This document shows, in pieces, positions 1 through 12,441 of a DNA stretch of 64,000 nucleotides. Each line of letters opens with the position of its first letter. Position 1 is the stretch's first letter. Under the pieces are notes generated by a model. That model was not told the DNA's origin, did not search any database, and saw nothing but the letters and a program-made list of their open reading frames with translations. The position numbers were made by a program, and so were the translations under genes. The stretch comes from Phaeosaccion multiseriatum (Eukaryota; Protista; Ochrophyta, other classes), in the NCBI GenBank assembly GCA_965112735.1, contig OZ218952.1, positions 1,860,001 through 1,924,000 of the forward strand. Reading direction: 5' to 3'.

Positions 1-1483
1 AAGACGTGGTCTTCTTAGCTCTCGTAGACCTCGGTCTCCTACTGCGCCCCCCCCCGATACTTCCACTGCCCTCCTCCTCGTCTTCCTCCTCCTCTTCCTC
101 GTCCTCCTCCTCCATCCCAAACCGCTGCATGGGGTGGATACCCCCATCCTCTGCGTCTGCGTGCCGGGCATGACTCGCACACAAACCCCTAGCGCCAGAC
201 CGAGCGTACTTGACACAGCCATCCCAATTGCACGTCCATCGCTTCCTGCCCCCCATTCCTCGCCCGGTCCCGTGGCGGTTGCTGCTGCTTCTCCCTCGCC
301 TTCCCCCCGCGACAGATGGCTCGTCATCGGGATAAGGAGCCAGCCCAGCAGCAGCAGCAGCATCAGTGAAGGTACGGTCACCACCATCACTACCATCACC
401 ATCACCATCAGCATCAGCAGCGCTCTCCTTGCGGCCGCTTGGACGAGGTACCCCCGCAGGAGCTCCGTGCTCCAAGCACTGCCCACTGCGGTTCTTACCT
501 ACACTCTTTCCTGCTCCTGCTCCACCATCATCACCGGCGCTCACTCCTCCCTTCTTAGTTGCCGCTTTCGCCACCGTCCTCTTCTTTGCGGCCTTCTTGC
601 CGCCCTTGCCGGCAGCTTTGGGCCCTCGATCCAGCGTGTGGTTGCTGCACTTGCTGCACCGGCCCCTTCCCTCTGCGGCGGCCATGCTGACACATCCTGG
701 CACTGCGCACTCTCGCATCAAGTCGGCGTGGTAGAAGCAAAGTCCTCCATGGGAGAGGGCGTTGGCTCCACAGCCATCCACACTACACGCAACCGGGTCG
801 GCGACCATCATCAGTTCTCTGGCTGTCACCGCCGCTGCGGCTGCTACTTGCGCTGCCGCAGTCAATGCCTGTGAAGCTGCTGTAGCTGTTGCTGCTGCCT
901 GCTGAAGTGCCGTGGCCGGGGCCTGTGGCTGTGGCTGTGGCGCTGGTGCTGCTACTGCTGCCGCTACCCCGGTCGTCCCAAAGCTTGTTCCACTGCTTGC
1001 TCCACTCCACCCTTGCTGTTGAACTTGCTGCTTGTGGTTGTGATAGGTGGCCCCTGGTTGTGCTGTTGCTGTATGAGTAGGTGTGCTACTCTGGTTACCT
1101 TGGTACTCTGGCGCTGTTGTTCCTCCCATCTTTGAGGAGGAGATGATGCCCGGTTGGCCGACTTGAGCACTTGGCGCCCGATACTGCTGCTGTTGCTGAT
1201 GTTGCTGGTGCTGCGGCTGATTCTGGTGTTGCTGGCGCTGCTGCGGCGGCTGCTGTTGGTACGGCTGCTGCTGCGGCTGCGGCTGCTGGTGTTGCTGCTG
1301 CTGCGGGGGCCTATCGCCCACTACGTCTAACCTATTGACACTGGGGGGGTTCCCCGTTCCTGCATTTATGTGGCTATGGAGACTGCTGCTGCCATTATGC
1401 TGGGTGTGGACCTGCTGCCCTCCATGGTAAGCTATGGTGGGAATCGCACCAGCGTACGAAGAAGGAGGAGGGGCATTCATCAT
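1..1483 (-). CDS. Gln-rich protein with CxxxGC..CxxH zinc-finger repeats (WRKY19-like stramenopile family); runs off the left edge
   Basis: Manually translated minus frame, open from ATG 1483 to base 1 (not in the ORF track because it has no stop). It contains poly-Q, CSVDGCGANALSHGGLCFYH, CAVPGCVSMAAAEGRGRCSKC, CNWDGCVKYARSGARGLCASH and an acidic tract. The true 5' end may lie further upstream. Confidence 0.7.
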   Translation of the reverse strand, partial: MMNAPPPSSYAGAIPTIAYHGGQQVHTQHNGSSSLHSHINAGTGNPPSVNRLDVVGDRPPQQQQHQQPQPQQQPYQQQPPQQRQQHQNQPQHQQHQQQQQYRAPSAQVGQPGIISSSKMGGTTAPEYQGNQSSTPTHTATAQPGATYHNHKQQVQQQGWSGASSGTSFGTTGVAAAVAAPAPQPQPQAPATALQQAAATATAASQALTAAAQVAAAAAVTARELMMVADPVACSVDGCGANALSHGGLCFYHADLMRECAVPGCVSMAAAEGRGRCSKCSNHTLDRGPKAAGKGGKKAAKKRTVAKAATKKGGVSAGDDGGAGAGKSVGKNRSGQCLEHGAPAGVPRPSGRKESAADADGDGDGSDGGDRTFTDAAAAAGLAPYPDDEPSVAGGRRGRSSSNRHGTGRGMGGRKRWTCNWDGCVKYARSGARGLCASHARHADAEDGGIHPMQRFGMEEEDEEEEEEDEEEGSGSIGGGRSRRPRSTRAKKTTS

Positions 1484-2181
1484 GTCGTCAACCCCCCCAA
1501 GAGGATGAGCGCCCCCCCTCTTCCTTTCCTCCTACCCTCTCTTGTTCACTCTTCTGGTGCTCAGGGAGTATCTTCTCTACGTCATCCGTGTAGGCGAACA
1601 CATCACATAAGGATGGTAGCGCGTTGCTGTTGAGGAATGGAGAGGGAAGCTGAAAGGAAAAGAAGAAGAGAAAGGAAAGGAAAGAGCAAAAAAATTATGT
1701 CAGTGAGTGGAATTGGGTGCCCAATTGTCAGTGGCAGATCCCCATTGGCTGGTAGAGAGGTTTGTACGTGCATATACAATATCGGAGGGTGTACAATAAC
1801 GGAGGGCGAGAGCCTGACCACAGTAGTGCGGGCCTCTGAAGTGACCATCTCTGACCGTCAAACACGCATCGCCATAGGCTGCCATCGCCTCTCCATGAAA
1901 CACGAGCGCGACGGTCGCAATAGTCTCCCTGAGACTGCCTGACTGCCTGACTGCCTGAGTGCCTGACTACCTGCTTGCTTGCCTAGTGCCTGTCTGCCTG
2001 CCTGTCTTCCTTACCAGACGCCCGATGGAGCCTGCCGCTCGCTCTCTCGCTCGGCGCGTCGACGACCCTTGTTTCAGGAGGGATGCTCGACTCGCACGAG
2101 GAGGACAGAGGCAGGCACGCAGGTTGTCAGACAGACAGACAGACAGACAGGTAGGCAGGTAGACAGGAGGGCGTGGGGCTG

Positions 2182-4374
2182 CTACAAGGCGGGGGCTGGG
2201 GAGATGCTCCCTTCCTCCTCGCTCCCCTCCTTGGTGTACACACGGTCGAACAGCTGTCGCCAGTCCATCTCCGTGGTCGGGAGAGGCGACGCTGCCCCTT
2301 CCACCCCCTCGTCACCCTCTCCCTCGTAGTCGTCGCTATTGTAGCCACCGTCGTTGCCAGCAGGGAGCAACCTATCACCACCATGCCCGCGGGGGGCAGC
2401 GATCCGATCATCCAACAGAGCATGGCAAGCATCACCAACACCACCTCGTCCGCAATCATCATCACCAGTGTCGTTGCCGGCATGGGGACAAGAGCCCTCG
2501 GAGAAGTCAACCCCTCTTGCGACCGCACGAAGGGCGGCGTCAAACGCAGAACTGACCCCCTTTCCCCCAGCGGCACTGGTCTTCTCCTGGTCTTGATCCC
2601 TTCCTACTCCTCCACCTCGCTGCAGCTGTTGCGCGTCTGGCCGTGCCCCTGTCTTGACCCGTTCCCTCAGTGCTCCTCCTCCCCTCCCCTCCCCCGCGCC
2701 GCCCCATTCCTCCTTCTCTGCCTCCTCCACCTCCACCTCCACCGCCTCCTCCTCGTCCTCCTCCCATTCCTCACTGTTGAACTTCTCATCCTCCTTCTCG
2801 GGCCCTGGGCCAGCGTAGTCTATCTGCTGTCTTCCCGGCCTTGACGAAGACGGCAGAAGAGCAGCGAGGGTAGCGGCAGCCGCTGCAGCGAGCTGCCCCT
2901 CCCCGTGAGCAGCAGCAGGGTCCCCTTTCGAGTCTTTGTCGTTTCGTGCGTGTTGAAAGTGGGCGAGGAAGGACGGGCGACGACTACTTCTCTCGCAGCT
3001 CTCGCTGCGCGTAGAACTGTCATCATCATCATCACTTTCCCCTCCCGTATATGTATAGTAGCCCCACCCCCCATCTTGCTCGTACGCGCCATCATCGGCA
3101 TCCTCCCCCTTCTCCTCCTCACACAGCTTCCTCGAGGTTGAAGAAGAAGAAGAAATCGGCACGGGTGCTGCGGGGGAGGAGAAGGCGGGGCGCTGCTGCC
3201 GCTGTTGCTGATCATGCTTGAGCACGGGAGTGCCCCCCGCGCCGAGCATCCTATCCGGTCGTCTGCCTCTTCGCCCCCCTCCTTCACGATGCGCGTTCGT
3301 CGACGCCGACTCGCGGTTTCCTCTGCTGTTGCTGCTACTGCTGCTGCAGGCCTTTCTACGGAGAGGATGCCTCTGTCGCCCCACGCCGAAGCAGGGCAGG
3401 ATCAGAAGCACGAGCGCAGTCAGAGAGAGGATGGTGGTCAAGCTGCTTACGCTGAGCAGCAGCACTGCACTTATCATCCCTCCTCCGTTCCAAGCTTCTA
3501 CAGGTATGCCGAGCGCCGACACTGTCCCAGCTGCTGCAGCGGACAGGCGTTCTCTCGCGGTTGGCGCTGATGCTGTTGCTGCTCCTGCGGTCAGTGTCGC
3601 TGATGAGTTGGAGCGCTCGCCAGCCCCCCCCCCGCTCCCCTCCTCGACGCCTCTGCCACGTGAGGTCGTGTTTTCGGCTGAAGCGTCTCCGCGGGGCCCG
3701 GGAGAGTAAGCCCAGCGAAGCCAGATGGTTCCGATGTCTCTACCGCTTAGTCTGTTGCTGCTACTGCTTCTACCCCCACCCCCACTCTCGCCGGCGATAG
3801 GAGGACGAGCGATGGAAGAGTTGAACGAAAGAGCAGCGGGGAAGGATTGAAGGATGAGACCATGGCCGTCGTCGACTTCGGCCCGGAAGGACGCCGAAAG
3901 TGGCGGCAAGAAAGGATCCTGCTGTGGCGAGGGCGGCGCCCCATTCATCCAACGCAACGCGCAATCGGTGAGCTCGAGCGTGAACATGCCATCTGTCCAA
4001 AGGGTCAACACGTTGGAACCAAAGTGTATGTTGGTGCGTCCGTCGAAGAGTAGACTCCACTCCGGTCGCTGGTGTTGCTCCTGCAGCCCGGTGCCGCCAT
4101 CTCTGTTGGTCCGGCCTGGTTGTCTGAGGTGTCGCTGCTGCCACCCTCCTTCCTGCTGATGCTGCGGCCTCGGTTTCTCTTTGAGTACCCGGATATCGCA
4201 AAGAAGAGGAGGAGAGAGTAAAACTCGGGCCAGAAGTTCCTGCTCCGTCTCCTCCGCCTCCTCCTCAGTCATTGCACCAGCAACAGAGCTCTCGACCAGA
4301 GGGCCGGCCAAGTGGACATTGAAGATGTGAGGGACCCGCCGCACGATATCCAGCTGCTGCTCGCCACTCAACAT
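2182..4374 (-). CDS. Hypothetical single-pass membrane protein (730 aa ORF)
   Basis: Long uninterrupted ORF with one hydrophobic segment (ISAVLLLSVSSLTTILSLTALVLLILPCFGV) and an acidic low-complexity tail; no family recognised. Confidence 0.55.
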   Translation of the reverse strand: MLSGEQQLDIVRRVPHIFNVHLAGPLVESSVAGAMTEEEAEETEQELLARVLLSPPLLCDIRVLKEKPRPQHQQEGGWQQRHLRQPGRTNRDGGTGLQEQHQRPEWSLLFDGRTNIHFGSNVLTLWTDGMFTLELTDCALRWMNGAPPSPQQDPFLPPLSASFRAEVDDGHGLILQSFPAALSFNSSIARPPIAGESGGGGRSSSSNRLSGRDIGTIWLRWAYSPGPRGDASAENTTSRGRGVEEGSGGGAGERSNSSATLTAGAATASAPTARERLSAAAAGTVSALGIPVEAWNGGGMISAVLLLSVSSLTTILSLTALVLLILPCFGVGRQRHPLRRKACSSSSSNSRGNRESASTNAHREGGGRRGRRPDRMLGAGGTPVLKHDQQQRQQRPAFSSPAAPVPISSSSSTSRKLCEEEKGEDADDGAYEQDGGWGYYTYTGGESDDDDDSSTRSESCERSSRRPSFLAHFQHARNDKDSKGDPAAAHGEGQLAAAAAATLAALLPSSSRPGRQQIDYAGPGPEKEDEKFNSEEWEEDEEEAVEVEVEEAEKEEWGGAGEGRGGGALRERVKTGARPDAQQLQRGGGVGRDQDQEKTSAAGGKGVSSAFDAALRAVARGVDFSEGSCPHAGNDTGDDDCGRGGVGDACHALLDDRIAAPRGHGGDRLLPAGNDGGYNSDDYEGEGDEGVEGAASPLPTTEMDWRQLFDRVYTKEGSEEEGSISPAPAL

Positions 4375-4697
4375 TGTCGTGTTTACGTGCGAGTCCCCAC
4401 TCGATTGCAGCCAGGGGAGTCAGAGCCAGAGGGAGTCGTTCCGGCGGGGAACAACTTTCGGAACAACAAAAACAATACTACGCCCTTCCGCTGTCTCTTC
4501 CTTCTGAGAAGATAGCGGAACTGCTTCAGTTCCCGTATATCAGTGAGCCACACTGCTGTTGCTACCTCAGGTTCTTGCGTCTTGTGGTGCGAGGGATGAA
4601 GTGCGGAGGCCGCTCAGTATCTGGCGGGAACAAATGCGGGTCACAGGTGCGGCCGTTGGTAGTTTGAGGCGACGTTCAGCTTTCCTAGTTTTATAAA

Positions 4698-7600
4698 ATG
4701 AGGAGCTCTACCAGCTTTGCTGGCCTCCTTGTGGCTCTTGCTGGCACTGCCCTTTCGGTGAGGCTGCTCCCTTTTTGGAATTTGCCTTGTCCTTTTGCGG
4801 TCTTCGTCAGATACGCTGTCCTTCTCTTCTCTTTGTCCCCCCTCTCCTCCCTTCCCCCCCTCCTCTCCTTACATCGCTGCTGTATGTCCCTGTTATTTCT
4901 GTCTCACCAGACGGCCCCGTCAATAGGAGCAACACTAGTCGAAGGAGAGGCATGGCCCAAGCCGTTGAGGCGCGTAGAGGGCGGCACCAGCACGGGAGAC
5001 GTCAACCTCATCCCACGCCGCTGTAAGCCCGGCGACTACGTCATTCATCAGATTGAGTTCCATGGGCCCGGCGATGGCTACGGAACCGTTGCTCACGTCT
5101 TTAAGGAGGAGGAGGAAGAGGAGAAGGGAGTAGATCAGCTACGGATAGAGTTGGAGGTCATTCTGTTCAATGCCACGGAGACGAGGGGGTCTTCCTTGGA
5201 GGCCTTCCTCGCTCTGGAAAGAGAGGATTCAGTGAACCTCTGTGTCGTGCTTGATGCAGGTGAGAAAGAAGGCTATAGGCCCGCTGGCGAAGGAGGGCTG
5301 ACATGCGTGCAGTCAATGGATAAGTTGGGGAATGAACAACTCTATTCATCCTGAGGGCGTCCAACAGCCGTTCCTCGCTCCTCCAACCCCCTACCCCCAC
5401 CGCCCTCCCCACCTCTTCCTTCTCCTTTCCACTGCTAATCAGACGTCCAGACAATGGTGTGCGGGCCACATGCAGACATGAGAAATGTGCAGCTTCCCCT
5501 GTCCGCGCTCTCGCGGGGCGAGCAACACACACTGCACGCTTGGCTGGTGGACGGGGATGGAGGGGCTCTCGACTGCAGCAGCCCAGCCTCGTACACAAAG
5601 TTCGTCGCTCCAGATCCGGGGGCGGGGCAGTGCTGGGGCAGAGGCCAGGCCTTCTCACACGACATCTCCATCACAAGGTAGTGAATGGGTGCGATACTCT
5701 CGTGTCTGCCTGATTTTGGTTGGTTTCAATTTGTTGTTGTGTGTGTCAGTCTATAGTTTAGAGTTGACGAGGGGGGGGGGGGGTTGCCTCCCTTCTCTCG
5801 TCGGTGGTGTGCGTTGCCTCGTTGCAAGAGAGCAGATGACTCAACTGTCGCTCACCGCCGTCCCCTCTTTGGTACGTGATTGGGATGCTTCTGAACGCTT
5901 TGGTCTCACACTTGAACGGGAACATTTCTTCCAGCCCTCGAAACGGCAGCAGTAGCAGCAGCAGCAGCAGGAGGAGGAGTAGCAACAGTGGCAGTGGTGA
6001 GGAGGTCGAGGAAGAAGCACAAGTTGCCATCGAGGTGGACGTGCGGTACGTTGCGGAAACCTACACGGGACTGCGGCAACGCTGCTCTCTCTGCACTCTA
6101 CACCTCCACGCCGAGGTGACGTCATCTTCCCCCCTGTTCGATTCTGAGAATAAGAATGAGAAGGATGGACGGGGAGGTGTTGCTGGCGACGGAGATGGAG
6201 ATGATGGCGGGGGCATGTGTCACGAAAGTAGCGGCAGCAGCAGCAGCAGTCAGGGATACGAGAGGAGGGCCGAAATGCAAATACCTTGGCCGTGGGAGTC
6301 GTGGGAAGAAGAAAATGGGGAGAGGGAGGGGAAGTGGGGCGAAGGAGCCATGGAGGAGGGAGAACAGTTTGCAGCTTTCCACACGGCCCTGCCTGATGTC
6401 CCGCCAGGTAAGGAAGTGTAATGCTACTGCTACTGCTACTGCTGCTGCCCCTGCTGGTTCTATAGACCTAAAAGTTCTCGATTTTCGAAAGAACGTGCCG
6501 CATCTAGGCCAGTAAGTAGCGTCCATGCGTTTCCTCTCCCCCCCCCCCCCTCCCAACGCCTTAACCTCACAATCCACACCTGTAAACCCCTGGTGCAACC
6601 TACACCTCACCCTGTCCTACCCTGTCCTGTCCTGTCCTGTCTTTCCTTCCTGCCCAGGGCTCCACCACCTACGTGTGTGGCTGGCTATCAAGCAGCCTCT
6701 CGAGCAGCAGCAGCAGCAGCAGCAGCAGCGAGGGCAAAACCAAGGCCGCGACAGCAGCCGCGTGGGCTGTGAAGCAACGAGCTCCTTTTATATCCCCTCG
6801 GCGGACGGCAGAAGGGGCAGTGCAGGAGGTCCAACGACCGTTACAGAAGTCACGAGGTCCATGAGCTCTCAGGAGCGCTTCGAGCACTTGCTGTTGCCCC
6901 TCGTCGACAAGTCCCTCGTCATCGTAACCGCCGCCAATGGGCCTTACTTCCCCCGAGTTGCCAATCTTGTGGGCTCTGTCCACTATTGGGAGCCCCATCT
7001 GCGGGTGTTGCTCTACGATCTGGGCGGTTTTTCCGAGGAGGAACAAGCTGAGATGCAGAGCTGGGCGCATGTAACTGTCCTCAAGCTACCCACAGCCACA
7101 GCGGGGATGGCAGCGGACGGTTCGGGGGAGGATGGTCTGCCCGAGCACTTTAACATCCCTCGCCTTGTAGCCTGGAAGGTGAGGGAATAAGGAGGGAGGG
7201 GATTGAGAACAAACGAAGGACGAGGGAGTAGGGAGGGGGGGGCTAGAGACAAGAGAGATGCGTTTGTCTTGTTTGCCATGTGTGTCTAGACAGAGTTCTT
7301 GTCTACGGTGCTCTCCCCGGGGAAAGGGTCCGTCCGTCCGTGGGGCCCGAATCTTGCTCTGCACTGCTCTGGTTGCTCTGGTTGCTCTGCACATCTACAC
7401 CGAATTTTCCGAAACGTGCACCTTGACTCACCCTCTTTCGATCCCTCTCGCGTGTCACAAATGATCCACCCACCCACTCACCCACTCACCCACTCACTCA
7501 CTCACCCACTCTCCCACCCACCCACCCAAACCTCCCGCCATTCTTTGTGCAGGCATGGGCCACGCTACAAGCCATCGATGCCTACGGGTACCGCTCGGTC

Positions 7601-8296
7601 ATGTGGATTGATGCCAACACGGAAATCCGCCGCCCGTTACACGAGGTGCGCAGAGTGATGCGACAGGATGGGTACTTCCTTACGATTGCGGGGAGGACCT
7701 TTCCGAGCTCCATCAACGTGCGGCCTCAGACAAGGGAGGCACTGGGCTGCCATGCGGAAGAGCATTCTCAGGTGCGACGGTCTGTCTCGTCTTGTCTTGA
7801 CCCTTGGGCTCCTTGACCCGAGCGGTGCCCATGATAAGAGAGAGGGGGGGGGGGGGTAGGTTTGCATTCGAGGCACCCACCATTTCGCCAAGTCGCCGTC
7901 ATGGCCTGACCTTCTGATTTTGACCCTGTCTTCGTGCTGCACGTGCTTCCTCCTCCTCCTCCTCCTCCTCCTCCTCCTCCTCCTCCTCCTCCTCCTCCTC
8001 CTCCTCCTCCTCCTCCTCCTCCTCCTCCTCCTCCTCCTCCTCCTCCTCCTCCTCCTCCTCCTCCTCCTCCTCCTCCTCCTCCTCCTCCTCCTCCTCCTCC
8101 TCCTCCTCCTCCTCCTCCTCCTCCTCCTCCTCCTCCTCCTCCTGCTTCCTCCTCCTCGTCCTCCTCCTCCTCCTTCTCCTCCTCCTCCTACCCCACCCCT
8201 TGTGGCCCAATCCTCCTGCTTTGATGATGTGACGACTTATGATGACGATGATGGTGATGATGATGATAATGATCATGATCATGATCATGATGATGG

Positions 8297-8379
<83 letters not shown>

Positions 8380-8927
8380 CTGATGATGATGATAACGATG
8401 ACGATGGATGATGATGATGGTCGCCAACGCCAACGCCAACGCAATGGCCATCAACTGAAACTATATAGGTGGAGTGCACCAGCGCCTTGATGGGATTCAT
8501 GGCGGACTCATGGGCTGTTGCCTCCCTGCTGCGTACGCTACACGAGGGCTGCAGCGACTTGAGCGTGCTGTGGCCGGAGGGAGCAACATTCACCAACCAG
8601 CGACGGGATCAGAGCGTGCTCAACGCCCTCATATGCGGGGGGGCTGTGAACGGTTATGGCAATAGCTCCGGCGACGACCCTGACAGCACCACCATCACCA
8701 GCAGCACGAGCAGTAGCCCGCCTGCTAGTGCCCCGTATGATGCGACGAGGAGGAGGCAAGCGAAGGTGCGGTGCCATTCCGGCAAGCAGTGGTGGGCCTT
8801 TGGGGACCAGTTTGACTTAGAGGTGACTTCAGACCCTACCGACATGAACGAAGTGGTGTTCTTCTCCCGAAGAGCGGCCCTCCCCAAGCCCTACATGGAC
8901 TTCATTCGAACAGGAGGGGCTTTATAA
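4698..8927 (+). CDS. Secreted multi-exon protein with C-terminal DUF1647-like (GT-A-type glycosyltransferase-like) domain
   Basis: Signal-peptide exon 4698-4757; exons ~4911-5259, 5443-5677, ~5934-6407, 6658-7178, 7553-7771, 8469-8927. Motifs VIVTAANGPYF, LLYDLG, VAWK, VMWIDA, QRRDQSVLN. Confidence 0.7.
7949..8420 (+). repeat. Intronic (CCT)n then (GAT)n microsatellites
   Basis: ~240 bp CCT run followed by ~200 bp GAT run inside intron 7772-8468. Confidence 0.95.
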
Positions 8928-9429
8928 GGGGCCTTCAAAAGAAGGCTTTATGGGAAGGGGCCGCTGCTTTTTTTTTTATGAGCCTACCGGTGGTCGCCTC
9001 GAGAGACACCATCGTCCGCGTCGGTCAGTCGTGGGCGGGCTTGTTTGCTTGTTTGCTTCCCCCCTCCCCTCCCCCCCCCCCCTGGCCGGCGGACGAGTGG
9101 GGACGAGTAGCCGCCCACACACACCTCCACCTCCACACCAACCACCTGTAGAGGAGGCCACACCTCCACCTCCACCAGAAGAGATGAAGCGGTGGGGTGG
9201 TGGAGGAGGGCTTGCGAAGCCAGGCTGTCCGCGGTCTGCTTCAAGGTGCTGTCATCATCATCCGCGCCTGGCTGCCATTTGTGCGGTGTGTCAAGAGAGA
9301 CAAAGGCAGGGCAGCAGAGACGCGGGTGATGTGTTCGGTTCGCAAGCCACGGGGGCGAGAAGACGAAGATGAACGACGCGTGGTGGGAACGCAGCTCTCC
9401 TCGCTGTAAGGGCGCATACGCACTCGCTC

Positions 9430-9462
<33 letters not shown>

Positions 9463-10161
9463 CAGAGGTGGTGGCCTCCCCTCTCTCACACGGCATGGCC
9501 GCGTTCTTGATTTGGCGTCTGAGAAGGGGCTGAGTGGGTGGGCCCCCAGCCTCATGATGGTAGTGAAGGTGGATGACTCGGAAGAGGAGCTGCAGCAGTT
9601 GGTGGTTGGTTTCGGGATCCTTCTTCTCTTCTCTTCTCTGTTGAGAACAACACTGTATGTAGAGGCACCAGGGAGAGGGGGGTAAGGGTTCATCGAGTAG
9701 CAAGCAGTGGCAGAAGGAAGTCGCACCAGCAGAAGGACAAGCCAAACCGGCGGTGCCCTCCATATATCAGGGGGAGAAAGCAAGTACTCCAGATGGCACC
9801 TGACGGATTGGGATGATTTATTTTATTTATTTTCCGCTTTCCGGGCATGCCGCTATCTTATACTCCAAACTTTAATCAAAGTACGGGTGACACCCTTAAG
9901 GGCTGTAGAAAGTATCACCAGTTACAACAATGGTTGGTCTGCAGCTTTGCACTACACTCCCTCGCCCCTCGCGTCCGGTTTTTGCTCTCTGCTGTTTTTC
10001 TTTACTGGCACCCGGACGGAAGATGATGTTTCATTTAGAATTGGAACTGATGGCTGAAGAATAGGGGCAGTCCTTTCCGCTTGGACGCTTGGAGGCCAAG
10101 CTGGAGCGTCGATATATGTGTGCGTGCGTGCGTGCGTGGGTGCGTGCAGCTAAGACGATTA

Positions 10162-12175
<2,014 letters not shown>

Positions 12176-12441
12176 GCTTTGCTTCTCTGTTAAGAGTAGC
12201 TATACTTGTTACAAAGAGGGAAAAATGGTAAAAAAAAAGAGCGGGTAAAAAGGGTTCGATTTTCGTATGCTTACGTATGACGGATGTATCCACGGGATGT
12301 GTTCCCTGATATCGTCCCCCCTCCTTGGCGGGTTTTGAATCGAGACAGAGATCAAGTTTACAAAGTCCCTCCAAAAAAGTGGAAACCTGTCCGCTCTTCT
12401 TCACTACTTGGCTGCTGCTGTTGGTGTGCTTTACGTGGAAG

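Noticed and set aside
134-874. 246-aa plus-strand ORF
   Set aside because: Antisense shadow of the minus-strand zinc-finger gene.
7899-8596. Poly-E/L/P/H/M/D ORFs
   Set aside because: Translations of intronic CCT and GAT microsatellites.
8950-9800. Possible small gene between the glycosyltransferase and aquaporin
   Set aside because: Overlapping ORFs on both strands with no recognisable motif or consistent splice model.
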